Below are positions 11,916-25,465 of a stretch of DNA of 64,000 nucleotides, piece by piece. Each line of letters begins with the position of its first letter. Position 1 is the stretch's first letter. This stretch comes from Mustelus asterias. Lineage: Eukaryota. Location of the stretch: NCBI RefSeq assembly GCF_964213995.1, contig NC_135830.1, positions 17,112,001 to 17,176,000 on the forward strand, in the 5' to 3' direction. The notes beneath the pieces were generated by a model. That model saw only the letters and a program-made list of their open reading frames with translations, was not told the DNA's origin and did no database searches. Made by a program: the position numbers and the translations under genes.

Positions 11916-12837
11916 TCCTTACAGTGCAGGAGGAGGCTATTTGACCCAGTGTGTACTGACCCTGTGACAGAGCCTCTTTCTCAGGCATACTCCTATCCCT
12001 GTAACCCCATTCTGCTAATCCCCCTGCTGACCTTTTTCTTCACCCTGCCTGTAACTGCAACAATATATACAGAAAAAAACATAACTTGATAAAGTACATG
12101 GGGAAAAGAAAAAGAGACCCGACTCATTTCCTTTCCCCATGTACATTATCAATTTATGTTGTTTTCTCTATAACACGCAAGAAGTAACAATTTTCACTGT
12201 ATCCCAGAACATGCGACAATAAATCAAATTAGACCAGACATATCTTGGGAAACCAAGGGACAAATTTAGCACGGTCAATCCACCTAACCTGCACGTCTTT
12301 GGGCAGTGAGAGGAAACCGGAGCACCTGGAGGAAATGCACACAGACAGAGGGAGAATGTGCAAACTCCACACATGAGGTGGAGATGCCAGCACTGAACTG
12401 GGGGAAGCACAGTAAGAAGCCTCAAAATACAAGGTTAAAGACCAACAGGTTTATTTGGAACCACGAGCTTTCGGAGCACTGATGAAGGAGTAGCTTTGAA
12501 AAAGGTTCATCTGGACTCAAAATGTCAGCTCTTTTCTCTCCTTACAGGTGCTGCCAGACCTGCTGAGATTTTCCAGTATTTTCTCTTTTGGTTTCAGATT
12601 CCAGCATCCGCAGTAATTTGCATTGATTTCAAATAAACTTATTTGACTTTAACCTGATATTGTGAGAGTTCATACTGTGCAAACTCCACACAGTCACACA
12701 CCCACGGCTGGAATCGAACCCTGGCGCAGTGAGGCAGCAGTGCGAACCACTGTGCCACAGTGAAGGGAGTTTGCTGCAATTTTTGGGTGATAACAATGGG
12801 CTGGATTAACCAGGGAGCAAAACTTACCAAGCGTTCT

Positions 12838-13316
12838 CCAACGCTTGGTAATCGTTCTCCAAGGCGGCCTTCACGACACAACAACGCAGAGTCGCTGAGC
12901 AGAGACTGATTGCCAAGTTCCGCACACATGAGGACGGCTTCAACCGGGATCTTGGGTTCATGTCACACTATCTGTAACCCCCACGACTTGTCTGGACTTG
13001 CAAAATCCCACTAACTGTCCTGTCTGGAGACAATACACACCTCTTTAACCTGTGCTTAACCCTCTCTCCACTCACATTGTCTGTACCTTTAAGACTTGAT
13101 TACCTGTAAAGACTCGCATTCCAATCATTATTTTGTAAATTGAGTTTGTGTCTTTATATGCCCTGTTTGTGAACAGAACTCCCACTTACCTGATGAAGGG
13201 GCAGCGCTCCGATAGCTGGTGGCTTGTGCTACCAAATTAACCTGTTGGACTTTAACCTGGTGTTGTGAGACTTCTTACTGTGTTTACCCCCAGTCCAACG
13301 CCGGCATCTCCACATC
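12838..13316 (+). mobile_element. Penelope-like element 3' fragment
   Basis: Encodes ..QRRVAEQRLIAKFRTHEDGFNRDLGFMSHYL*, then a pLTR with a degenerate hammerhead (~13190-13221). Confidence 0.78.
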
Positions 13317-14616
13317 GTGTTTGAACAGAGACAGTGAACATTCCAACAAACCCTCAATATGATCAGAACCACTTCACTCAGGTTCATTCACTGCAGTCCA
13401 GCTTGTATTTTCATGTCATCAATGATTCTTTCCCATATCTCTCTCCTCGTATGATATTCAATCTTTCAAAGTTTGTCTTATCCTCTGTGACCTCAATTCT
13501 CCCTGGTTAATCATTGCTACAATTCTCTGATTTGAGAAATTATTTATATATATTGGGATACAGTGACAAACATTATTTCTTGCATGCTATACAAACAAAG
13601 CATACCATTCATAGAGTACATGGGGGAGAAGGAAAGGAGAGGGTGCAGAATGTAATGTTACAGTTATAGCGAGGGTGTGGAGAAGCATCAGCTTAATATA
13701 TGGTAGGTCCATTCAAAGGTCTGATGGCAGCAGGGAAGAAGCTGTACTTGCATCAGTTGGTACATTATTTCACCTGGCTTTACATGTACAGATTCAACAA
13801 TAATCAATCCACCTCCTGTGTTAAAGAAAAGGAAACAGCTGTAATTTATGGGATAGACAGGAAATTGTGAATTTTTTGTTATAAACCATTTCTGAAAAGC
13901 TGCTGGTTCTGGAATGTAAAAGGGAAATTTGTGCCGATCTCGATTAAAGTGAACTGATGTATCGATTAGGTAGATAGAGAGAAACTATTTCCTCTGGTGA
14001 GGGAATCAAGAACAAGGGTGCGTTGTGTGAAAGATTTGAGCTCAGACATTCAGGAGTGAAATCAGGCAGCAATTCTTCAATTGTGACGAAAAGTCAAAAG
14101 GACCTGAAATGTTAGCTCTGTTTTCTCTCCTAATAGATGCTGGTCGACCCGCTGAGTTTTTCCGGCGTCCTCTGTTCTTGTAGCAATTCTTTCCAAATGG
14201 GAATAAAAAACAACAAATGCTGGAAAATGGGGTTGAGAAGAATGATTCCAGGGGTGAGAAACTTCAGATATGAAGATAGATTGGAGAAGCTGCGACTCTT
14301 GCACTTGGAGAAAAGAAGGCTAAGAGGAGGTTTGATAGAAGTATTCAAAATCATGAGGATGCAGAAGAGATTCACTGAGGTGGTCACAGGGAATAGAGGC
14401 TTTAGTTATCAGGAAAGATTAGAGAAACTGAGGCTCTTTTAATTGGAACAAAATCTGATTGAATATCTGAGGAAGAGGTTTAAAATTTCATCAGGTAAAT
14501 GAGGAAAAACTAGTTCCCCCAGTCGGTGAGTCAGGAACTAAAGGACATCAAATTCAAATCATCAACAAAAGTCTCAGAGCCAGGAATGAAATATTGAGCA
14601 GGCAACAATTAAATTA

Positions 14617-14874
14617 AAGTTTATTTATTGGTGTCACAAGTAGGCTCACATTGCCACTCTAATAAAGTTACTGTGAAAATCCCCTAGTCGCCATATCCCG
14701 GCGCCTGTTCAGGTAAACATGAGGGAGAATTTAGCATGTCCATTGCACCTAACCAGCATGCCTTTCTGACTGTGGGAGGAAACCAGAGCACCCAGAGGAA
14801 ACCTATGCAGACACGGGACCTAAGCTGGGAATCGAACCGAGGTCCCTGGCGCTGTGAGGCAGCAGTGCTAAGCA
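14617..14874 (-). mobile_element. HE1-head SINE variant with a Rex1-like 3' tail
   Basis: HE1-type head and core; tail ends ..TTGTGACACCAATAAATAAACTTT on -. The same tail is at 52516-52635 and 62591-62710. Confidence 0.65.
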
Positions 14875-15069
14875 TTGAATGGGACTCCCACTGTCCCTGT
14901 GGATTTGTGTTCATACTGTCCCATCAAACACTCCGAAGGGAAGTACATGCCTGTGTTATCGATACCTCGGAGGGATACCAAGGCTAAGAGAGACTCTTTG
15001 GAAGGGATGGGAAGTGGGTTCATGAGAGTAACCAGAGGGCTAAGAACTGAAATAATCCAAGTAATGAGG

Positions 15070-15812
15070 TCTTGGCTCAGTGGTTGCTTTCTCATATCTG
15101 AGTCAGGAGGTTGCAGGTTCAAATCCAGATCCAGACAATTGAACAGAAATTCCGAACTGACACTCCATTGCAGTACTGAGGGAGCCCCGCACTGTCAGAG
15201 GTCCCGTGTTTGAGGTGAGACTGAACAGACAGGTGCAAGAGATCCATTGATGCTATTTCAAAGAGCTGGGGATTTCCCCCCAGAGTCTTGGTCAATCTTT
15301 ATTCCTCAATCAACATCACTCAAATACACGAGCGCACAGTGGTTAGCACTGCTGCCTCACAGCTCCAGCGACCTGGGTCCAATTCCTGGTTTGGGTCATT
15401 GTCTGTGTGGAGTTTGCATATTCACCCCGTGTCTGCGTGGGTTTCCTCCGGGTGCTCCGGTTTCCTCCCACAGTCCAAAGATGTGCGGGTTATGTGCATT
15501 GGCTATGCTAAGTTGCCCATAGTGTCCCGGGATGTGTAGGTTAGAGGGAATAGCGGGGTAAATATGTGGGATTGTGACAATAGGGCCTGGGGGGCGGATT
15601 GTTGTCGGTGCACACTCGATGGGCCAAATGGCCTCATTCTGCACTGTAGGGTTTCTATGACATTATCTGGAGTATTGTTCATGGGATCTTGCTGTGCACA
15701 TGAGCTGCTGCATTTTCAACATCGTCTGAACTTCAAAAGCAATTCATTGGCTGAAAAAGCTTTGGGACAACCTGATGTCATGAAAGGCTCGACAGAAATA
15801 TAAATCTTTTTT
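15070..15812 (+). mobile_element. SacSINE1/DeuSINE-like ancient SINE, split by an HE1 SINE (15331-15659)
   Basis: tRNA-like head GGCTCAGTGG..GGTTCAAATCC, Deu-like core (GCAGTACTGAGGGAG..CACTGTCAGAGG); tail resumes at ~15660 (TGGGATCTTGCTGTGCAC..GCTTTGGGAC..TGAAAGGC). Confidence 0.6.
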
Positions 15813-16070
15813 TAAATGAGAAAAGACCAGAAATGGAACAGTCGAGAACAGGATTTCAATTAGCCCCCTCTTATCCTGGAGAAAACAAATACTTAACAAA
15901 AGGGTGTTTGACACTGAACTGATTTATTTTACATGTAAACAGAATATTAAACTCCATCCCAATTCTTGGGATTATTATCATCAGAAACAAACTCCACAAG
16001 TTAGAATGAACATGGTTCAGTCCAGGATGTGATTAACAGCAGCAATAACAGCAGAATCCAATCCCTGCTG

Positions 16071-16661
16071 TCACTTGTGAACCCGCTGGTGTCTCAGTAA
16101 GTGGGATGAATTAGTGAATCTCTTCCCACACTGGGAGCAGGTGAATGGCCTCTCCCCTGTGTGAACTCGTTTGTGTCTCAGTAGGTGGGATGACTGAATG
16201 AATCCCTTCCTACACACAGAGCAGGTGAACAGTCTTTCCCGCGTGTGAACTCGCTGGTGTTTTAGCAGAATTGATGAGTGAATGAACCCCTTCCCACACT
16301 CGGAGCAGGTGAACGGCCTCTCCCCAGTGTGAACTTGCTGGTGTGTCTGCAGGTTGGATGACTGAGTGAATCCCTTCCCACACTGAGAGCAGGTGAACGG
16401 TCTCTGCCCGGTGTGAATGCGTTGGTGAGTCAGCAAATCCGGTTTCCTTTTAAAGCTCTTCTCACAGTCAGAGCAAGTGAAAAGTTTGTTATCAGAATGA
16501 ACAAGATGGTGTGTCTGAAGACAGGATAACCGAGTGAATCCTTTCCCACACACAGAGCAGGTGAATGGCCGTTCCCCGGTGTGACTGCGTCGATGAGCCT
16601 CCAGATGGGAAGGACAACTGAATCCCTTCCCACAGTCCCCACATTTCCATGGTTTCTCCAT
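16071..16661 (-). CDS. C2H2 zinc-finger protein, 7 fingers
   Basis: [13 protein letters not shown]...HQRVHK*. Out-of-frame finger remnants upstream (16662-16923). Confidence 0.88.
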   Translation of the reverse strand: MEKPWKCGDCGKGFSCPSHLEAHRRSHTGERPFTCSVCGKGFTRLSCLQTHHLVHSDNKLFTCSDCEKSFKRKPDLLTHQRIHTGQRPFTCSQCGKGFTQSSNLQTHQQVHTGERPFTCSECGKGFIHSSILLKHQRVHTRERLFTCSVCRKGFIQSSHLLRHKRVHTGERPFTCSQCGKRFTNSSHLLRHQRVHK

Positions 16662-18059
16662 GGTGCCAGTGTCCTTGTGTCTCTCCAGGTTGGGTGATCA
16701 GTTGAAGCCTCGTCCACACACAGAACACGTGTACAGTTTCTCCTCGCTGTGAATGGTGTGATGATTTTTTAGGCTTTGTAACTGGTTCAAGCTCTTTCCA
16801 CAGTCGGTTCACTGGAACACTCTCACTCAGGTGTGTGTGTGTGTGTCTCGGTGCTTTTCTAGTCACACTGATGTTTGAAATTCTTTTCCCACAAACAGAA
16901 CAGGCAAACGTTTCTCCTTCCACATTCAGAGGTTGATGATATTCAGCTCCTGATGAATCGAGTGAATGTCAGATATTGACGAGTGTTTCCCGATTGTAAC
17001 TCCCTGTGGAAAAAAGTGTTTAGAAAAGCTGTCAATGTAAGGACAGGATAACATTCAGAACAAACATTTCTCTTGGTTTGAGTTTGCTGTGTGTTAATCC
17101 TCCCCTTTTAACCCCTTAGAAAAGGAGTTTCCAAAATCCATCACTGTCAGTCCAGGATACAAACTCTGAATTTGGTTATCTGAAGGGGATAAATGAACCG
17201 GGTTAGACGGAAAAGGCAGGGGAATACCACTCAGTGAATTGCTCATTCTGAGAGCCAGCACAGACACAATGGGCCAAATGGCCTCTTTCTGTGCTGTAAC
17301 AATTCAGAGAAAGTCACAACATTCCCTCCTCCTGGTTTCTCGCCCAGGATGACGACACATTGATTTGATTTATTGTGACATGTGAAAAGTAATGTTTCTG
17401 GCAACCTATACAGACAAAACATACCATTCGTAGAGTATATAAGGGAGAAATACAAAGTCTCACAACACCAGGTTAAAGTCCAACAGGTTTATTTGGTATC
17501 ACGAGCTTTCAGAGCACTGCTCCTTCATTAGGTGAGCGTGTTCACCTGATGAAGGAGCAGTGTTCCAAAAGCTCCCAAATTTTTAACAAATTTAACAAAA
17601 GAATAACCAATTTTAACAAAAATAACAAACAGAACATAATTTCATTCATGCCTTGTGAAAAACATGGATCTGAATCTTGTGTTCAGGGCTGGGTGTGTGG
17701 AGATATTTTCAGATGAGCCTTGGTCAACACCACTGAGACTAACTTTAAATTGCAGATTGTATGAATGGAATGGATTTGAAGCCCTGTCCCCAGAACATTG
17801 TGCTGTCTCTCTGGATTACTAACGCAGTGACATTGCCACAAGTTCAGTCTCTGAATTCAGGGGAATGATCACAGGCACATATTCTTAAAGGGAGACTGCA
17901 GGTCCAAGAACATAATCAGCTAATTAACTAGAATATTAAACTCCAGCCAGTACTATAGTTGGTAACATCAGAGAAACAAACCTGAATTGTCAGAATGAAC
18001 ATGGTTCAGTCCTGGGTATGATGAACGCCAGCAACATCAGTGGAATCCAAACCCTTCAG

Positions 18060-18539
18060 TCACTTGTGAACTTGCTGGTGTGTCATCAGGTGGGCTAGCT
18101 GACTGAATCCCCTTGCACACACTGAACAGGTGAATGGCTTCTCCCGGGTGTCAACTCGCTGGTGTGTCAGCAGGTTTGATGAAGTTTTGAATCCTTTCTC
18201 ACACATGGAACAAACGAATGGTCTCTCGCCAGTGTGAACTCGCTGGTGTGTCAGAATGTTTGATGAATCAGTGAATCTCTTCTCACACACAGAGCAGGTG
18301 AATGGCCTCTCCCCAGTGTGAACTCGCTGGTGTGTCAGCAGCTGGGATAACTGAATGAATCCCCTCCCACAAACAGAACAGGTGAATGGCTTTTCTCCAG
18401 TATGAACTCTCCGATGTATCAGAAGCTCAGATGACTGAGTGAATCCCTTCCCACATACGGAACAAGTGAACAGCTTCTCTCCAGTGTGACTGAATTTCCA
18501 GCAAGGATGGGTATTTGAATCCCTTTCCGCAATCTCCAC
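18060..18539 (-). CDS. C2H2 zinc-finger protein, 5 fingers, N-terminal finger disrupted (possible pseudogene)
   Basis: Five TGEKPF/TGERPF-linked fingers ending HQQVHK*. The family [10 protein letters not shown] start is altered and out of frame. Acceptor ctcctttatcag on - near 18799. Confidence 0.7.
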   Translation of the reverse strand: MEIAERDSNTHPCWKFSHTGEKLFTCSVCGKGFTQSSELLIHRRVHTGEKPFTCSVCGRGFIQLSQLLTHQRVHTGERPFTCSVCEKRFTDSSNILTHQRVHTGERPFVCSMCEKGFKTSSNLLTHQRVDTREKPFTCSVCARGFSQLAHLMTHQQVHK

Positions 18540-19455
18540 ATTTACACAGTTTCTCCGTGATGCTGGTGTCCTTATTTCTCTCCAGGTTGGATGATCAGCT
18601 CAAGCCTCGTACACAGTACACGTGTACGGATTCTCTCTGCTTCAATTGCAATGTTTTATACACTATGCAACTGTTAAAACAATCTTCCCTCCATATTCAA
18701 AGGGCAATAATACTCACACTCCGATTCATTGAGTATCAGATATTGATGCGATGTTTGGTTTGCGTTTCCCACCTCCAAATCCTCTGCTTCTAATAACCTG
18801 ATAAAGGAGTTTGAAAAGTCATCACTGTCAGTACAAGATAGAAATTCTGAACAGACAGTTCTCATTTGGTGGAATATTTTCCACTTTCATTCCCCCAAAT
18901 TCATTTGGTCCTGAATTGATCCTAAATTGAATATCTTCTCCACAAATCCTCAGCTTCTAATATGTTGTCAATGGAATTTACAAATGTAACCAATGTCAGT
19001 CCAGGATAGAAATTCTCAACAGACAATTCAAATCTGTATATCCCCATCCCACACACTCTCCCTCCTCCCTGGAAATCCAAATTAAGTTTTGGATAATTCT
19101 TTCGAGATCCTTTTAACAAATTTAACAAAAAAAAACAATTTTAACAAAAATAACAAATTGAGCATAATTTCATTCATTACTTGTGACAAACATGAATCTG
19201 AATCACTCTGACTGGCCAGACAGAATAACAGACGTTAACAGTTACATGGGTAAGATGGGTATAGAGGGATATGGACCAAATGCAAGCGATTGGGAGTAGT
19301 TTAGGGGTTTAAACAAAAAGGGCGGCATGGACAAGTTGGGCCGAAGGGCCTGTTTCCATGCCGTAAACCTCTATGACTCTAACCTTGCGTCCAGAACTGT
19401 GTGTGTGGAGATGTTCTCAGAGGAGCCTCAGTCACCAGGGGTTTACAATGGGTTT

Positions 19456-19740
19456 GCCTCACAGCATCAGGGACCCGCGTTCAATTCCCGGCTTGGATCA
19501 CTGTCTGTGTGGAGTTTGCATTTTCTCCCCATGTTTGCATGGGTTTCCTCCGGGGACTCCGGTTTCCTCACAGTCCAAAGGTATGCAGGTTAGGTTGATT
19601 GGCTATGCTAAATTGACCCTAGTGTCAGGGGGGATTAGCAGGGTAAATGTGTGGGGTTACGGGAATAGGGCCTGGGTGGGATTGAGGTCGGTGCAGATTC
19701 AATGGGCCGAATAGTCTTCTGTACTGCAGGGATCCTATGA
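19456..19740 (+). mobile_element. HE1-like SINE
   Basis: Consensus match; absent from the paralogous block at 17690-17850. Confidence 0.8.
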
Positions 19741-19949
19741 TTACCATCACTGAATCTAACTTTAAATTGCAGATTGTATTAATTGAATGGATTTGAAGCC
19801 CTGTCCCCAGAACATTGTGCTGTCTCTCTGGATTACTAATGCAGCGACATTGTCACTCGGTCAGTGTGTCCCCCCTGCTCTCTTTATTGGAGGTGGCTTG
19901 TGGGGAGAAAACGGAAGCGGTGGATAGTGAGAGTGGAGAATGTTCATTG

Positions 19950-20420
19950 TAATCCCCCGGCCCCCCGGCACTGACCTCTCACCTGACACCTCACAATGCG
20001 CGGGGACTGATTGACAGCAGCTCCAACCAATAGAAGGAGGGGACGGGGCTGGAGGACCAATCGGAATGCATGAGAGGCGAGGCTGAGTGAGGCATGCGCA
20101 GTGTGATTAAGGGCAATGGGGAAGATTTTTTTTCCGATCTGCAATCCGTCCAGGAGAGAATGGCGGGAGCGATGGATCAGGTCAGTGACTGGATACGCTT
20201 CGTAAGCATGTTATATAGATTGCAAATGAGAAAGAATAACCCACCGGTTCCCGGGGACCGTTCCCCCGCCCTGGAGTGCTTTTCTCACAGAGCTGGGTTA
20301 GCGGCCGCCATCCTTATCCGGGCACTCGCAGTAGATAGAGCGCATGCGCAGCCGCCAGTTTTATTCGGGTACCAGGTAGAGCGCATGCGCAACCGCCATC
20401 TTTGTTGGGGGCAATAATTT
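19950..20420. promoter_or_regulatory. CpG-rich bidirectional ZNF promoter cassette 2
   Basis: Homologous to 1440-1860 (CTGATTGACAGCAGCTCC, CCAAT, GC box, GCGCATGCGC, GCCGCCATC). Donor CAG|GTGAGA on - at 19982. Confidence 0.7.
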
Positions 20421-20618
20421 TGATTATTTTTTCCACGAGAAATCAACCTGCTTCACGCTTCCACTTCCAGTTTCTTATTATTGAGGCAGAACAATGATAA
20501 ATGGCCAGAACAGTGACAATCATTTCTATTTATGTTGTGTCTTCAACAAAATAAAAGTTTTAAGGCAATTCGGAGAAATGTTACAAAATAACAATTGACA
20601 CTGAGCCAAATGACGAGA

Positions 20619-20905
20619 TCACAGAATCCCTGTCGTGCAAACCATTGGGCCCATCGAGACTGCATCAACAACAATCCCACCCTGACCCTATCCCCGTAAC
20701 CCCACGTATTTACCTTGCTGACATGAAGGGGCAATGCAGCATAGCCAATCAACCTAACCTGCACATCTTTGGAGTGAGGGAAGAAACTGGAGCACCCGGA
20801 GGAAACTCATGCAGACATCGGGGAAATGTGCAAACTCTGCACAGAGGCTGGAATTGAACCTGAGTCCCTGGCGCTATGAGACAGCAGTGCTAACCACTGT
20901 GCCAT
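20619..20905 (-). mobile_element. HE1-like SINE
   Basis: Consensus match. Confidence 0.75.
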
Positions 20906-22116
20906 CAGTTTTGAGTAGTCTTAACGAAGGAGAGTGAGGTAGAGAATCAGAGCGGCTTTAGGAGGAAATTCCAGAGCTTGTGACTTGGACAAATGAAAAA
21001 GGTCATTACTGGGAGAGTGATTAAAATCGGAAATGCTTAAGAGCCTGTGTGGCTGAGAAATATTACATAAATTTGGATGATTGCAACTATGTAGGTAAAC
21101 AGGAATGAGAAATTTAAAAATTTGGTGCTTCTTAAAAGGAAGTGTTTATAGACTGGTAAGCTCTACGATGATGGCCAAACAAGATTTGATGCGAGTAAGC
21201 ACATAACCTTTAAAAAAAAGTCTGGTTCAGCCTCATTCATTTGGCAGGGACAGGGATAGAGTTGCTGGCGAGGAACTGAGTGCAATGGGTCCACTCTTCT
21301 CAGAATGTCAGACGAATTTGGATGGTGCGTGGCTCAGAGGGGAGCTTGCAGGTGATGGTGTCCAAATACTCCTACTGCCCTTGTCCATCCAGGTGGTGGA
21401 GGTTGAGGGTTTTGGAGATTCTATCAAATTGTGGCTCTGTTCTAGGTCTATAAAATGCCTCTCCATTGCCCATGTCTCTCCCACCCACTTCTCTCATTCT
21501 TACTCTTTCTGTCTCTCTTGTCACATTGAATTCTCTAGCCCAGGGTGGTAGATGTTCCATCGTTGGTTAAGTTTAAGGATGGGATGGAGAGATTTTTGGT
21601 TTCTTGGGCGGGGCAGGGTGGGGCAGTGGAGGTGGAGGTGAAAGATATGGGGAGCTGGCGGGAAAGTGGAATTGAAGACCAACACCAGCCATGATCATGA
21701 TGAATGGCTGGAGCCGGCTCAACAGGCCAAATGTTCTACTCCTGCTCCTATTGCTTGTGTTCGTGCAGATCTATGTGTAGACTCAGACCGGGTGGCAGGC
21801 TCCCTTCCCTGAAGGAGCTGATTGAACCTGATCACTTTTCACAAAAGTTCCAACAGCTTTCATGGTCACCTTTCCCTCCGGGTCAGCCCCATATAACACC
21901 AAATTCATTCACCTCAATTTCACAACCTGTTTTTGTGAGTTCTCTCTCGCTCCCATTTTACTGTCTGAGATCAATTCCACGGGGTATCAGAAGGGGAGGA
22001 TTTGCAGTCAGAAAACTCAAACCAAACATCCCATCAGATTCAAATGAAGTCACCTAATTTATCGTAACCTGAATATTTGTGAATCGTGAAAATAGAAGGA
22101 TAAAGCGTCATTCACA

Positions 22117-23120
<1,004 letters not shown>

Positions 23121-23589
23121 CTAAGGTGATTAGATTTTACTGTTAATAAGATCAGGACTGATCCATGTTCATTGGGGTCTGTTTCTGTTCATGTTGGTAA
23201 ACTTCAAACCAAAAGAGAAAATGCTGGAAAATCTCAGCAGGTCTGGCAGCATCTTTAAAGAGAGAAAAGAGCTGACGTTTCAAGTCCAGATGACCCTTTG
23301 TCAAAGCTTAGTTGGTAAACTTCAACCCAGTTACATGGGCTAATACTCTGGATAAAAGTTAAATAAGTCAACATTGTGTTCGCACATTATGTTGAATCTT
23401 TAACACCTCAAACATTAGTTAGTTCCTTCTGAAGGTCTCTTTCTCGCCCATCTCCTCCATTCTCACCTCCAAAAAGTGTGAGGAGTTCATGAAGCTTCTT
23501 TGTTACTAAGATTGAGATAATTCGATCAGCTGCTGCTGCTGTATCCCTCCCTTCCACTCGCCTACTGGGACAAACCATGTCTCAAGTTC

Positions 23590-24340
23590 CCTCTTGACCA
23601 AGCCCAGAACAGACATCTTTCTCCAGTTTCTCTCCTATCTCCCCTCGTGCCCTCTCCATGTTTATCTTGTCCATGAGACCCACCCCGTTCTCCATCAACC
23701 CTATTCTCACTAAATTGCTGATCATCCAACTTCCCCACATTTGGTGATATTGTTAATGGTTCTCTCTTTTCCCTGGTACTGTCCCCCTCACTTTTGAATC
23801 CTCTGAAATCACCCACCCTGAAAAAAACACTCAATCCCAGTCTTTGCCAACTATTGCCCCATCTCCAATCTCCCTTTCCTCTCCAAAACCCCTGAACTCG
23901 GTGAGCCCCAAGGATCTATCCTTGGCCCCTCCTATTTCTCATCCACATGCTGCCACTGAATGACATCATCCAAAAGCACCGTGTTAGTTTTCCCATCTAC
24001 ACTGACAACACCCAGCTCTACCCATCCCTCTCCATTCCTCCACTGTTACTAAATTATCAAACTGCTTATCCCACATTCAGTACTGGATCAACAGAAATTT
24101 CCTCCAATTAAAAATTGGGAAGACCAAAGTCATTGTCTTCAGTCACCACTACAAATTCTGTTCCCTAACTGCCGAGTCCATCCCTCTCCCTGGGAGCTGT
24201 CTGAAGCTGAATCACACTCTTCACAATCTCCATGTCAGATTTGACCCCAAGATGAGTTTCTGACCACATATCCACACCATCACTAATACCAGATATTTCA
24301 ATCCCCGTAACGTCACCTGACCCCACCCCAGCTCATCTGC
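23590..24340 (+). mobile_element. Old L2-like LINE RT fragment
   Basis: Degenerate PQGSILGPLLFLIHML and YTDNTQLY (YADDTQLY-like) motifs at ~23905-24020. Confidence 0.65.
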
Positions 24341-24703
24341 TGTAGCTCCTTACCCAGCAGCCCACTGTGGAGGCACTGTGCTGGTCCCATTGGCCTGAGC
24401 CAACTGAGCATGTGTGGTGCTGGCAGGTGATCTGCATATTTAAAGGGACACTGTCCCTCTGTGCTGTTGTCATTTGAGCAGGACAAAAGTATTGTGAGAG
24501 AGGCTCATTTCAACAAAGAGGGAGAGAGGGATTCAGGGGAATAAAAATAATGTAAAGTTATAAAACTGTCCACCCTGAAATGGTCCTTTTTTCTTTACAG
24601 TAATTACTAATATAAATAGTTAAATGAACAGGAAGCTCAGACCAGACATCACATCAATCTCACCGAGTCGCTCGATTCATCAGGACTGAATATCATTGGC
24701 ATC

Positions 24704-25465
24704 ATGGAAGGGGAGAGCAGCAGTCACAGCGAAGACAAACTGTACACGTGTTCCACATGTGGATCTGGATTCAACCAATCGACTGATATGGGAAGGCACA
24801 AGTGTAACCGAAACAGGGAGAGTCCGTGTGGACAACGTGGGAATACTGGGAACAGATTCCATTATCCCTCTGATCAGGAAACTAATCGATTTGGTCACAC
24901 TGGGGAGAGTCCATGTGGACAATGTGGGGATACCGGGAAGGGATTCTGTTATCCCTCTGATCAGGAAATTCATCAATGCAGTCACACTGGAATGAGTCCA
25001 TTCACCTGCCCCCTGTGCGAAAAGCGATTCACTCGATTTTCAAACATGTTGCGACACCAGCAGGTTCACACCGGGGAGAAACCCTTCACCTGCTCCCAAT
25101 GCGGAAAGGGATTCACTCAGTCATCCCACCTGCTGACACACCAGCGAGTTCACACTGGGGAGAGACCGTTGACCTGCTGTGTGTGTGAAAAGAGATTTAC
25201 TGAGTCATCAGCCCTGCTGAGACACAAGCGAGTTCACACCGGGGAGAGACCATTCCCCTGCTGTGTGTGTGGGAAGGGATTTGCTGAATCATCAATCCTG
25301 CTGCGACACCAGCAAGTTCACACCGGGGAGAGGCCATTCAGCTGCTCAGTGTGTGGGAAGGGATTCACTCAATCATCCAACCTTGAGAGACACCAGCGGG
25401 TTCACAAGCAACTGCACTGTTCTGATTCTGCAGCTATTACTGCTGTTAATCAGATTCGGGGGTGA
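24704..25465 (+). CDS. C2H2 zinc-finger protein, 5 intact fingers
   Basis: 253-aa ORF with degenerate N-terminal fingers. The usual stop after HK is replaced by CAA, extending the C-terminus. Acceptor ttctttacag at 24600. Confidence 0.85.
   Translation: MEGESSSHSEDKLYTCSTCGSGFNQSTDMGRHKCNRNRESPCGQRGNTGNRFHYPSDQETNRFGHTGESPCGQCGDTGKGFCYPSDQEIHQCSHTGMSPFTCPLCEKRFTRFSNMLRHQQVHTGEKPFTCSQCGKGFTQSSHLLTHQRVHTGERPLTCCVCEKRFTESSALLRHKRVHTGERPFPCCVCGKGFAESSILLRHQQVHTGERPFSCSVCGKGFTQSSNLERHQRVHKQLHCSDSAAITAVNQIRG

Noticed and set aside
12065-12170. Long hairpin, possible pre-miRNA
   Set aside because: Both arms are Rex1-like 3' sequence; best explained as a 5' inversion during LINE insertion.
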